DNA of 64,000 nucleotides from Bacillota bacterium (GTDB taxonomy: Bacteria > Bacillota > Clostridia > TANB77 > CAG-508): contig CAWVJB010000097.1 of NCBI GenBank assembly GCA_963929525.1, positions 22,914 to 86,913 on the forward strand, read 5' to 3'. The translations under genes and the position numbers were made by a program. Below the pieces are notes generated by a model. It was not told the DNA's origin. It did not search any database and saw nothing but the letters and a program-made list of their open reading frames with translations. Of this stretch, positions 1 through 9,237 are shown piece by piece (positions within the stretch are counted from its first letter, which is position 1; each line of letters opens with the position of its first letter).

Positions 1-2960
1 TCGTCAAATGTTTTACTTATTGACAATCTATCCTCTGATAATGTCCATCCTTCTATTGGTTTTAATTCTTCATTTGCTTGTATGGTTACTTTTACTGCTT
101 TACCATTATTTATCGTTTCATAATTGATATTGATTTGTGGTCCTTCTTTATCTATCCAGGTAACTCTGGCTATATTTTGAGAAACATTACCTTCACTATC
201 CACATATTCAAAAATAAATGTGCCATTTTCTTCAAAAACATATTTATTATTTCCATTATTGTTGGTTATCGTAACATCATCTCTATTAAATGTAATGGTT
301 GCTGTCACATTTTGATTGGTTAATTCTGTATAATCATAAGAAATCATTGATATCAGTTCTTCCTCTTCCTCCATAACCGTAATTTTACATGTTGCTGTTT
401 TTTCTCCATCTTCTGTTGTTACGGTTATCGTTGTCTCGCCTGGTCCTATTGCTGTTACAATTCCATCATCTACACTTGCTATGTTTTCATCCTCAGAAGT
501 CCATGTTACAGTTTTATTTGTTGCATTATCTGGTGTTATGGTTGCCTGTAATGTTGATGTTTCTCCAATGTTTAAAGTCACATTATCTTGATTTAATACT
601 ACATTTTCTACTGGTATGACTTCAGGCTTAGGCTCTGGGTCAGGCTCTGGTTCTGGTTCTTGTTTTTCTTTAACTGTAACCTCACATGTTGCTGTTTTTT
701 GTCCATCCTCTGTTGTAACTGTTATGGTTGTTTTTCCTACTTCTTTTGCTGTCACTTTTCCATCTTCATCTACACTTGCTATATCAATATCTTCTGAACT
801 CCATATTACATTTTTATTTGTTGCATTGTCTGGTGTTATGCTTGCTTCTAAAGTTGTTGTTTCTCCAATTTTTAAAGTTATATTTTGTATATTTAGTGAA
901 ATTCCTTCTACTGCAATTTCTTCTGGATCTGGCTCTGGGTCCGGATCTTGTTCTTCTATAACTGTAACCTCACATGTTGCTGTTTTTTGTCCATCAGCTG
1001 TTGTAACTGTTATTGTTGTTTTTCCTTCTCCTTTTGCTGTTACTTCTCCATCTTTATCCACACTTGCTATATCACTATCTTCTGAACTCCATGTTACATT
1101 TTTGTTTGTTGCATTGTCTGGTGTTATGCTTGCTTCTAAAGTTGTTGTTTCTCCAATTTTCAATGTAACTTCTTGCATATTCAATGCTATACCTTCTACT
1201 GGAATCACTTGTGGATCCTCTGGTTCTTCTGGATCTTCTGGTTGTTCTGGCGAATTAATAGAATTTCCACCTACTGATAATAAATTGGTTTCATAATTTT
1301 CTAAAGCATTTTTTAGTTCTGTATTTAATTTATCTGATTCATCATCCTCAGAATCATTAAATTCCCATTTAAAATCTCCACCATTTAAACGACCAGCATA
1401 TGTTTCTACTTTTTGTTTTGCTACTTCTGGGCTATCTGCTTCATATTCATACATGATACTTGATGTATCAAAATTGTTATATGTATTTTCTCCTTGCAAT
1501 GATTTTACTGAACTTGGTACTGTTTCATCTATGTTTGATACTTCATAAGCATCAAAACTTTCATTGTCTTGTGAATATGGAATATAGGAATCTTGTCCAA
1601 TCATATAATTGTTATATGCTTTTATCATTCCTCCATCTTCATCAGAAAATGTTCCACTTGTGTCAGAACCTTGCATTGATATCATCATTGGTTTTTTACA
1701 ATTTCTAAAGTAGTTTCCTTCTACTAAAACAGATGAACCTAAACATGCTCCTACACCATATTTTGAATTTCCATCATAATAATTATTGTATACATGTGCA
1801 GAGTAAAATCTAATTCTTGGATGTCTTGAATCAGAATGGTCATACCAATTATGATGATATGTGATATATAATCCGTCTGTTGTATTTTCACTTAATCCTA
1901 AAAGGTTACTTTTTCCTGAATCCCAAAAATGATTATATGAGAATGTTACATAAGTTGATTTTTTACAATCTAATGCTCCATCACCTTTTGCTTGGTCTGA
2001 ATCACTACCTGCTTCTCCATAGAAGAAATCACAATTATGTACCCAGACATGGTCATTTTCTTGTTGTAATCCGATATTATCTCCTTCATCACTATCTGTT
2101 AACATGACCGCTATATTTCTAATTTCTACATTAGATGCATTTTTAATTCTGATACCATATCCATATAAAGTGGCATCTTCTCCAATTCCTTCTAATGTAA
2201 TTCCACAATTAATTCTATTATCTGATCCATTTCCACTAATAACAATATCTCCACCTTCTAATGTTGATGGGTCTGTTACTTTACCAATAAATCTGATAAC
2301 AAGTGGTGTGTTATCATATCCTTTTTTATATAAATCTAATATATTTTGTAATCCTTGTGCTGTTTCTGTTTTTCCATTTGAACTTGTTTGCACTTTTAGA
2401 GAAACGGTATCTTTAGTTTCTTCTGTAACATATATAACATTCGCATTTTCTTTTAATGTGCCATCTATATTATATGCACCTGTTGTTTCTCCATCTACCC
2501 ATGCAAATCCTGTTCTATCATGTGCTTGTACACTTATAACATCAGAATCAAATTGTTTACTACTATCATTTTGATTATTTATGATTGGTACAATTCTAAA
2601 ATGATATCTTCCTGCTTTTAAACCAACAGCATCTGCTCTCCAATAAGAAGCTGTTCCATCTTTATATCTTCTTATTAATTCATTATCTAGTTGCTCATAG
2701 TTACCAGATGACTCATCACATATATATACATTATATCCTGTTGATCCATCAACACTTTCCCATTCAATATATGCTGATTCTAGTCCACTTCCTACTATTC
2801 TTTGTTCCACATTGGCATTCATTGCATTTAACCAATTTCCTGCTAAAGATATAATTTCTGTATTACTTCGTAAATACATTGATACGATTCCTATTATTAA
2901 TATTACTATGAAAATAATGCTAATAATAATTTTACTTTTGTTTTTTAACTTCACTTTCAA
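1..2960 (-). CDS. secreted pectate lyase (PL1 family) with C-terminal Big_2 Ig-like repeats; 3' end runs off window
   Basis: Reverse-strand frame open from 2960 (TTG start after GGAAG RBS) to position 1. N-terminal signal/TM KLKNKSKIIISIIFIVILIIG. PL1 motifs DGALD, HVWVHNCDF, SRHPRIRFYSAHVYNNYY (RxPxxR + vHvyNNyy). Three Big_2-like repeats (VTLKIGETTTLEASITPDNATNKNVTW...) around 600-1300. Missing from ORF track because the stop lies outside the window. Confidence 0.75.
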   Translation of the reverse strand, partial: MKVKLKNKSKIIISIIFIVILIIGIVSMYLRSNTEIISLAGNWLNAMNANVEQRIVGSGLESAYIEWESVDGSTGYNVYICDESSGNYEQLDNELIRRYKDGTASYWRADAVGLKAGRYHFRIVPIINNQNDSSKQFDSDVISVQAHDRTGFAWVDGETTGAYNIDGTLKENANVIYVTEETKDTVSLKVQTSSNGKTETAQGLQNILDLYKKGYDNTPLVIRFIGKVTDPSTLEGGDIVISGNGSDNRINCGITLEGIGEDATLYGYGIRIKNASNVEIRNIAVMLTDSDEGDNIGLQQENDHVWVHNCDFFYGEAGSDSDQAKGDGALDCKKSTYVTFSYNHFWDSGKSNLLGLSENTTDGLYITYHHNWYDHSDSRHPRIRFYSAHVYNNYYDGNSKYGVGACLGSSVLVEGNYFRNCKKPMMISMQGSDTSGTFSDEDGGMIKAYNNYMIGQDSYIPYSQDNESFDAYEVSNIDETVPSSVKSLQGENTYNNFDTSSIMYEYEADSPEVAKQKVETYAGRLNGGDFKWEFNDSEDDESDKLNTELKNALENYETNLLSVGGNSINSPEQPEDPEEPEDPQVIPVEGIALNMQEVTLKIGETTTLEASITPDNATNKNVTWSSEDSDIASVDKDGEVTAKGEGKTTITVTTADGQKTATCEVTVIEEQDPDPEPDPEEIAVEGISLNIQNITLKIGETTTLEASITPDNATNKNVIWSSEDIDIASVDEDGKVTAKEVGKTTITVTTEDGQKTATCEVTVKEKQEPEPEPDPEPKPEVIPVENVVLNQDNVTLNIGETSTLQATITPDNATNKTVTWTSEDENIASVDDGIVTAIGPGETTITVTTEDGEKTATCKITVMEEEEELISMISYDYTELTNQNVTATITFNRDDVTITNNNGNNKYVFEENGTFIFEYVDSEGNVSQNIARVTWIDKEGPQININYETINNGKAVKVTIQANEELKPIEGWTLSEDRLSISKTFD

Positions 2961-3101
2961 TGCTTTTTCTTCCTTTCTTTTGTTAATTATATTTATCTTT
3001 TTTATTATATATGATTCTATAATTTTTTACAATATTTTTATAAACAATATGTCTAATTTTGTATAACCAATTTTTTCCTTCTTATATAGTTAACACTATA
3101 C

Positions 3102-3141
3102 AAAAAATAAGAATAAACAAAAGAAAATCTGTTTATTCTTA
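3102..3141 (-). terminator. rho-independent terminator after PBP gene (end of dcw transcription unit)
   Basis: 12-bp perfect stem taagaataaaca/tgtttattctta (3108-3119 / 3130-3141), 10-nt loop, followed on the minus strand by a U6 run (A-run 3102-3107 on + strand). Confidence 0.6.
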
Positions 3142-3147
3142 TCCATT

Positions 3148-5139
3148 TTAATATTCTATAATCACTTTACTTTGTTCATTTACAGTAATTCCTAAACTTG
3201 GAATTTGATTTTTCACATAGGTGTTTTCCATATCTACCTCTTCATTTTCTAAATATATTTCCAAGTTATTTTCTTTTAAAATTTGTTTTGCTTCTTCTAA
3301 TGTTTTTCCCATCACATCTGGTACCTGCACTTGATTTACCACTTCTTCTTCATCATCTTCTAATACTTCTTTGTTCACTTCTAAATATGGCAATATTTCA
3401 CTAAATATTTGCCCACCTACAGGTGCCGCTACTCCTCCTCCTTGATGTCCTCCTTCACCTGTTGGATTATATAAAGTAACTAGAACAACTACTTGTGGAT
3501 TATCAATTGGTGCTACTCCACAAAAAGATGTTACATATTTGTTGGTATTTACTCCATCTTCTGACGTTCCTGTTTTGCCCCCAATTCTATACCCTGCTAC
3601 TTTTGCATTTTTACCAGTTCCTTCTGATACAACACTTTCCATCATACTTAATACTTTTTCAGAAGTTTCTTTTGATATAACTGTATCTCCTTTTTCTACT
3701 GGAATATCTGTTACTTCTTTTGTTTCACTATTGATGATTTGTTTTACCACTCTTGGTTTTATACTAGTTCCTCCATTGGCAATACTTGATACCGCTGTTG
3801 CTAATTGTATTGGCGTAATTTCAAATCTTTGCCCAAAGCTAATAGTTGCTAACTCCACTGGTCCAGCCTTTTCCTTAGCTAAAAAAATACTTCCTGCTTC
3901 CCCTGGTAAATCTATCCCTGTCGTTTGTAGTAATTTGAATTTTTCCAAATATTCATAATACTTTGTTACACCTATTTTCTGCCCTAATCCTATGAAAACA
4001 GGGTTACAAGAATTCATCAAAGCTTGCCTTAAACTTTCTGAACCATGTGGTCTATAATATCGCCAACATTTTATCCTAACCCCTGCTACTTCAATTCCAC
4101 CTGTGCAAGTAAATTCTCCTTCATTATCTGTATCTGTAATACCTTCTTCTAATGCTGCTGAAGCTGTAATTAACTTGAATACAGAACCTGGTTCATAGGT
4201 ATCTGCAATCGCTTTATTTCTCCAAACTGCTTGTAAATGCGTTGTTTTTTCTGCCTGTTCTAAAGAATCCCATGTTGCTTTTAATTCCTCTGTATATGGC
4301 TCATATGGTTCATTTAAATTATAATTAGGATAATTTGCCATAGCCAAAATATCTCCATTTTGTGGATTCATAACAATAATACTTCCGCCATCTGTACAAA
4401 CATTATCTATACAAGCTTCTTCCAAATATTTTTCAACAATAGATTGTATGGTTAAATCAATCGTTAATACTAAATCGTTTCCATCTATGGCAGGTACATA
4501 GTTTTCTCCTTCTTCCCCTATTTCTCCCCCTTTGGCATCTGTATGTTTTTGGATAGCTCCTTGTTCTCCTTTTAGTTCTTCTTCATATTTTGCTTCTATT
4601 CCATCTAATCCTTGATTATCACTTCCACAAAACCCAATAATTTGCGATGCTAAATTGTTATAGGGATAATATCGTTTAGTATCTTCATCAATATTTATTC
4701 CACTTGTTATATTATTTTCTTCCATCCACTCTCTTAACTCATCTGTCTTATCTTTTTCTACTTTTTTTACAATGGTTTCAATAGAACTTCTTTTCTTTAC
4801 TTTTTTTAATACTGTTTCATAATCTAATTCAAATATATCTGATAACACTTTTGCCACTTTCTCTTTATTTTCAGCAGAAATGCTGCCTGGATTAACTGTA
4901 ACAGTTTCTACTGTACTACTAACAGCTAATATATTTTTTCCTGTTGCATCATAAATGGTTCCTCTTTTAGGATTAATCTTTCTATCTAATGTTTGTTGTT
5001 CATATGCAAGCTCAGCTAATTCTCTTCCTTGTATCAATTGGATATATCCAATTCTAACAATCAAACATATGATAATTAAAAAAGATATAAATAAAATATT
5101 CCTCATTTTTTTCTTGCTTGATAGTTTGATTTCATTCAT
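3148..5139 (-). CDS. class B penicillin-binding protein / transpeptidase (FtsI-SpoVD family) with C-terminal PASTA domain
   Basis: 663 aa. N-terminal TM, SxxK (GSVFK), SxN (SCN) and KTG(T) (GGKTGTSE) motifs, PASTA-like C-terminus (VPDVMGKTLEEAKQILKENNLEI). Position after ftsL in dcw order. Confidence 0.9.
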   Translation of the reverse strand: MNEIKLSSKKKMRNILFISFLIIICLIVRIGYIQLIQGRELAELAYEQQTLDRKINPKRGTIYDATGKNILAVSSTVETVTVNPGSISAENKEKVAKVLSDIFELDYETVLKKVKKRSSIETIVKKVEKDKTDELREWMEENNITSGINIDEDTKRYYPYNNLASQIIGFCGSDNQGLDGIEAKYEEELKGEQGAIQKHTDAKGGEIGEEGENYVPAIDGNDLVLTIDLTIQSIVEKYLEEACIDNVCTDGGSIIVMNPQNGDILAMANYPNYNLNEPYEPYTEELKATWDSLEQAEKTTHLQAVWRNKAIADTYEPGSVFKLITASAALEEGITDTDNEGEFTCTGGIEVAGVRIKCWRYYRPHGSESLRQALMNSCNPVFIGLGQKIGVTKYYEYLEKFKLLQTTGIDLPGEAGSIFLAKEKAGPVELATISFGQRFEITPIQLATAVSSIANGGTSIKPRVVKQIINSETKEVTDIPVEKGDTVISKETSEKVLSMMESVVSEGTGKNAKVAGYRIGGKTGTSEDGVNTNKYVTSFCGVAPIDNPQVVVLVTLYNPTGEGGHQGGGVAAPVGGQIFSEILPYLEVNKEVLEDDEEEVVNQVQVPDVMGKTLEEAKQILKENNLEIYLENEEVDMENTYVKNQIPSLGITVNEQSKVIIEY

Positions 5140-5235
5140 AAAAACACCTCTAATAATATGTATTAGAGGTGTTTATTTTTATTCCTACAGAAATATTTAT
5201 AATAAACAAAAAATAGATAACTGCTTTTCTTACAA

Positions 5236-5733
5236 TTATCTATTAAAAATCTTGTCTACCAATTTTTGAAACCAATTTTCATTCGTATCACTAATCTCTA
5301 CTTTTTCTGTTGCAGATTCTATATAATCTTTCTTTGGTAAACTGACATATACAGTTTGTTTATTGGTTAATTTTTGCATACCTAATTTTTCTTTTGCTTG
5401 TTTTTCGATATTACTTAAATTTAAACTATTTTCTATCGTTACTTGTAATTGTTCATTTTCCTTTTGTAGTGAAGATAACTCTGTTCTTAAATTTTGTATT
5501 TCATTAAACTTTTCATTAATTTGAGTGTTTCGATAACTTATGGTAAATAGCACAGCAAATATAGCCAAAACTAATAAAGTTGCTTTTCTATGTTTTTTCT
5601 TTTGTTCTTTTGATAATTTGATATCTTGTTTTGGCAAGTCTTTTACCACTTTAATATTTTGTCTTTTCTTTTCTCTTCTTATATCTGGCTCCAATTTTCT
5701 TGGGCTTGTCTCATATTGATATCTCGTTGCCAT
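5236..5733 (-). CDS. ftsL: cell division protein FtsL-like (septum formation initiator)
   Basis: 165 aa, basic N-terminus, single TM (TLLVLAIFAVLFTISY), coiled-coil periplasmic part, located between rsmH and the PBP gene. Confidence 0.7.
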   Translation of the reverse strand: MATRYQYETSPRKLEPDIRREKKRQNIKVVKDLPKQDIKLSKEQKKKHRKATLLVLAIFAVLFTISYRNTQINEKFNEIQNLRTELSSLQKENEQLQVTIENSLNLSNIEKQAKEKLGMQKLTNKQTVYVSLPKKDYIESATEKVEISDTNENWFQKLVDKIFNR

Positions 5734-5762
5734 AAGTTATCTCACCTCCTCTTTACTTTTGT

Positions 5763-6692
5763 TTATATCTTCTCAAAAATTCTTAATTTTGCACTTTTAC
5801 TTCTTGAATTTTCTTCTTGCTCTTCTTTTGTTGCAATCATTGGTTTTTTTGTAATGATTTTTCCTAATGTTTTTGCTCCACATACACAATATGGTAAATC
5901 ACTTGGACAAGTGCATTTTCCTTTTGCTTCTATGTAAGCATTTTTGACTGCTCTATCTTCTAAGGAATGAAATGTAATGATACATAATCTTCCTTGTGGT
6001 TTTAAACAGTCAATACAATCTTTTACTGTCTGATATAATGGTTTGATTTCATTATTGACTTCTATTCTTATTGCTTGAAATGTTCTTTTGGCTGGATGTC
6101 CATCAGTTTGTTTCGATTTTGGAATGGATTTTTCGATAATATCTACTAATTCTTTTGTCGTATGAATTGTCTTTTCTTTTCTATAATTACAAATATTTTT
6201 AGCAATTTGTCTTGAAAATCGTTCTTCTCCATATTCATAAATGATATTTGCCAATTCTTTTTCAGAATAGTCATTAACAACTTTTTTAGCTGTCAACTCT
6301 TGGCTTTTATCCATTCTCATATCTAGCTCATTTTCACCTAAATAGCTAAAGCCTCTATTTCTTTCATCCAATTGATATGAAGAAACACCTAAGTCTAATA
6401 AGATTCCATCCACTTGATTGATTTCAAGTTTTTGTAATATTTCTTTGATATTGTCATGATTATCATGGATATATGTTACATTTTTATATTCTGCTAGTCT
6501 TTCTTTTGAAGCTTTTAGAGCTTCTTCATCTCGGTCAATCCCTATTAGTTTTCCTTCACTTGATAATCTTTTTACAATTTCTATACTATGTCCTGCTCCT
6601 CCCATTGTGCCATCTATATATATTCCGTCTGGTTTTATTTGTAATCCTTCTATACATTCTTGTAGCAAGACTGGTTTATGTTCAAAATTCAA
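5763..6692 (-). CDS. rsmH: 16S rRNA (cytosine1402-N4)-methyltransferase RsmH (MraW)
   Basis: 309 aa. N-terminus [32 protein letters not shown] is the canonical RsmH SAM-binding signature. dcw position after mraZ. Confidence 0.92.
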   Translation of the reverse strand: MNFEHKPVLLQECIEGLQIKPDGIYIDGTMGGAGHSIEIVKRLSSEGKLIGIDRDEEALKASKERLAEYKNVTYIHDNHDNIKEILQKLEINQVDGILLDLGVSSYQLDERNRGFSYLGENELDMRMDKSQELTAKKVVNDYSEKELANIIYEYGEERFSRQIAKNICNYRKEKTIHTTKELVDIIEKSIPKSKQTDGHPAKRTFQAIRIEVNNEIKPLYQTVKDCIDCLKPQGRLCIITFHSLEDRAVKNAYIEAKGKCTCPSDLPYCVCGAKTLGKIITKKPMIATKEEQEENSRSKSAKLRIFEKI

Positions 6693-6887
6693 TTTTACAC
6701 CTCTTACTTTTTATTATGCTTAAACAACTGGTAATTAGAAAACTACCAGTTGTCTTTATCTTTGTATATTGCTATTTTTCTTTTGGGTTTCAAATTGTTT
6801 TCACGAATTCTTTTGTAATAATCCGCTTTTGTATCTTATTATTTTTCGATTTGTATTCTAAATAAATCCTATGTACTTTAAAAAATT

Positions 6888-7006
6888 TATCTTTTGTATT
6901 TTTTAAAGCTTCTGTATGTTTATCTTTGGTATACTTATCTTTTGTTTTCTTTTTGACTTTATCTTTTGTAATTTTCTGATTTATCTTTTGTATATTTGTC
7001 TTTTGT
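6888..7006. repeat. array of six TTATCTTTTGT(A) direct repeats in mraZ-rsmH intergenic region
   Basis: Copies at ~6888, 6920, 6935, 6959, 6981, 6996 (one variant TTATCTTTGGT, one TGTCTTTTGT) inside an unusually long (335 bp) mraZ-rsmH spacer. Confidence 0.6.
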
Positions 7007-7027
7007 ATCTATATAAACTTTTTCAAG

Positions 7028-7453
7028 TTATATACCTAAGTTTGCCATGTTTTCAGCTATTTCATCTGCTGATATATCTTCATCACATTTTTCCCAAATG
7101 CCTTTATCCCATATTTCTAGTCTTGTCCCAACACCGATGATAACCACTTCTTTTTCTAGATTTGCTGCATTTCTTAAATTATTTGGTATTAAAAATCTTC
7201 CTTGTTTGTCTATTTCACATTCTGTTGCACCTGATAAGAAAAATCTTACAAAGTTTCTGGCATTTTTATCAGAAAGAGGCAATGCTTTTAATTTTGTTTC
7301 AAAGTTTAACCATTCTTCTTGTGAAAAAGCAAATAAACATCCATCTAACCCTTTTGTTACGATGAACTTTTCTCCCATATCTTGTCTTAATTTTACTGGC
7401 ATAATTAATCTGCCTTTAGCGTCTAGAGAATGCTCATATTCACCAATTAGCAA
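7028..7453 (-). CDS. mraZ: transcriptional regulator MraZ
   Basis: 141 aa. N-terminal [19 protein letters not shown] (first SpoVT/AbrB-like MraZ repeat) and a second repeat [12 protein letters not shown]. First gene of dcw cluster. Confidence 0.92.
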   Translation of the reverse strand: MLIGEYEHSLDAKGRLIMPVKLRQDMGEKFIVTKGLDGCLFAFSQEEWLNFETKLKALPLSDKNARNFVRFFLSGATECEIDKQGRFLIPNNLRNAANLEKEVVIIGVGTRLEIWDKGIWEKCDEDISADEIAENMANLGI

Positions 7454-7481
7454 TGGTCTTCCACCTCATTTCCTTTTTCCA

Positions 7482-7507
7482 CCACTTTGTACCACTTCTC
7501 TCCACTT
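7482..7507 (-). promoter_or_regulatory. MraZ-box operator: three AAGTGG direct repeats at 10-bp spacing
   Basis: On minus strand AAGTGGagagAAGTGGtacaAAGTGG (+ strand CCACTT at 7482, 7492, 7502) between the putative -10 and the mraZ RBS. Matches known MraZ GTGG(G/T) repeat operators. Confidence 0.6.
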
Positions 7508-7514
7508 CACCTAA

Positions 7515-7543
7515 ATTCTAATATAACTTTTTTGATTTTGCAA
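7515..7543 (-). promoter_or_regulatory. putative sigma-A promoter of mraZ/dcw operon
   Basis: Minus-strand TTGCAA (7538-7543), 17-bp spacer, TAGAAT (7515-7520), directly upstream of the MraZ boxes. Confidence 0.45.
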
Positions 7544-7709
7544 TAGTTTTTACAAATTTTTTTATATTTTTTTGATTTTTTTATTTATGTTTATAAATTT
7601 CTTATGAATAGTTAGTTCTTGGCTATCTTTTTTCTCTAATTATAAGTTCGTTCTATTTTATTTTTCTAATTGATATACTTTTTATACAAATGAATATGGA
7701 GGAAAGTCT

Positions 7710-8090
7710 ATGGATAGTAATGAAAAATATTTAAGAAAAAATATTGGTAGAAAAATCAAATTAGCTAGATCTAGAACAAATTATACACAAGAAAAATTGG
7801 CAGAAAAACTCTCTTTATCAACAAGATACATTAGTCAATTAGAAAGAGGTATTGCTTTTGGAAGTGCTACAACTATCATCAATCTTTGTAAAGCACTAAA
7901 TATTAGTTCTAATTTTCTTTTTGATGATTTAATAGATAATCAAGCTTCCTCTTTGAATGATTTAGTAGATGATAAGTTTTTAGAAGCTTATTTAAAATTG
8001 AATAATTATAATAAGGAAATTGTTTATTTATTAACAATGCAACTTGTAAAAATGCAAGAAGAAAAAAGTGGTAATTATAAGGATGCATAA
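7710..8090 (+). CDS. XRE-family helix-turn-helix transcriptional regulator
   Basis: 126 aa. HTH_3 signature YTQEKLAEKLSLSTRYISQLERG. Divergent from mraZ. Confidence 0.8.
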   Translation: MDSNEKYLRKNIGRKIKLARSRTNYTQEKLAEKLSLSTRYISQLERGIAFGSATTIINLCKALNISSNFLFDDLIDNQASSLNDLVDDKFLEAYLKLNNYNKEIVYLLTMQLVKMQEEKSGNYKDA

Positions 8091-8093
8091 CAT

Positions 8094-8140
8094 GAAAAGA
8101 AAGTGTTCACTTTAATGGTGAACACTTTCTTTTCATATTT
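8094..8140. terminator. bidirectional rho-independent terminator between convergent genes
   Basis: Perfect 17-bp stem gaaaagaaagtgttcac/gtgaacactttcttttc (8094-8110 / 8118-8134), loop tttaatg, T-run follows. Confidence 0.65.
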
Positions 8141-8177
8141 TTATTATTAATTAATTGTTGTACTATGTAATAAAAGG

Positions 8178-9188
8178 TTATCTCGAATCGGTATCATCAC
8201 TAATATTAAGTTCCGTACTTTCACTTGTTATAGATTGATGTGCAACATCATTTCTTGAAGAAATCTTTTTTATTTCATAATCGTCAAGAATTTGACTGAT
8301 TTTCTCTTCTAGTTTACTAGCAAATTCTTTATTTTGTTGTCCTACACAATTATAATATGCCTCTATTCCCATTAATAATAACATCGCTTTGTCTCTAGAT
8401 GGAATTATATTTTGCATACTTATATAATAATCTGTTAAAGAATGGTTTCGTCTTGCAAAATGTAAATTTCTATCTGTAATTCTATCTAATCTATGTGCAA
8501 AATTTGGAGCAGTTGCACCATTTGTTCTTTCATCAGTTTCTAGTTCGTTAAATAATTCTTCTAATCCTCTAGCTCCATTTTCTTTTATCTCATGATTTTT
8601 ATCAATTATAAAATAATTATTTCCATCAGATGTTTTTTTAGATATTTTGATAGGTATTTTCATTTGTAAAAATCCAATATTTCCAACTAAATTGTTATCT
8701 TTATCTACAGATATATCACTAACACTCATATGCCCGACTTCATGACTAGTTATTTGATTCATAGTTATGGCATTTCTAATGCCTAACATTCCTGTAAAAT
8801 CAAGACATGGTTTTGGCAATATAAATGTAAATGTATTATTTAAAACATCATATGAAGCATCTGATTGTTCCAAGTCCGATTTATCACATGAGATAGACAA
8901 ATATTTGATATTTTTTTCTAAATTTGAATTCGAATATCCTTTTTTACTATTATAATTTCTACAATTATTTATAGAATTTTCTAGCAATTCTTTAAAATCC
9001 GTACTAGGACCTTCTGATAATTGAGATATCATCTTTATAACTTGGTTATGTACTACTTCATCTACTGGTAAAATTATTCCATCTCTTTTTGTATAAAAAC
9101 TTAATTCACGAGTATCTAAATTAGAACCTACCATAATACTAGTGCCATCTATATCTAGAGTATATAATTCAACTATATTAATACTCAT
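8178..9188 (-). CDS. hypothetical protein with HExxH zinc-metallopeptidase-like motif
   Basis: 336 aa. Single HEVGH motif (ITSHEVGHM). No other recognisable domain by eye. Confidence 0.55.
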   Translation of the reverse strand: MSINIVELYTLDIDGTSIMVGSNLDTRELSFYTKRDGIILPVDEVVHNQVIKMISQLSEGPSTDFKELLENSINNCRNYNSKKGYSNSNLEKNIKYLSISCDKSDLEQSDASYDVLNNTFTFILPKPCLDFTGMLGIRNAITMNQITSHEVGHMSVSDISVDKDNNLVGNIGFLQMKIPIKISKKTSDGNNYFIIDKNHEIKENGARGLEELFNELETDERTNGATAPNFAHRLDRITDRNLHFARRNHSLTDYYISMQNIIPSRDKAMLLLMGIEAYYNCVGQQNKEFASKLEEKISQILDDYEIKKISSRNDVAHQSITSESTELNISDDTDSR

Positions 9189-9237
9189 AATTCTTCCCCC
9201 TATTAAATTATTCTATATCATTTATTACTTTACCTTA

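Noticed and set aside
78-3066. Plus-strand ORFs in the track (78-323, 389-619, 616-1296, 728-961, 1460-1708, 1880-2107, 2104-2574, 2812-3066)
   Set aside because: Low-complexity (L/F/S-rich) translations antisense to a continuous, motif-rich minus-strand pectate lyase frame. Judged spurious. The same applies to most + strand track ORFs antisense to phage structural genes (e.g. 15124-15465, 20726-21037, 22588-22888, 56847-57107).
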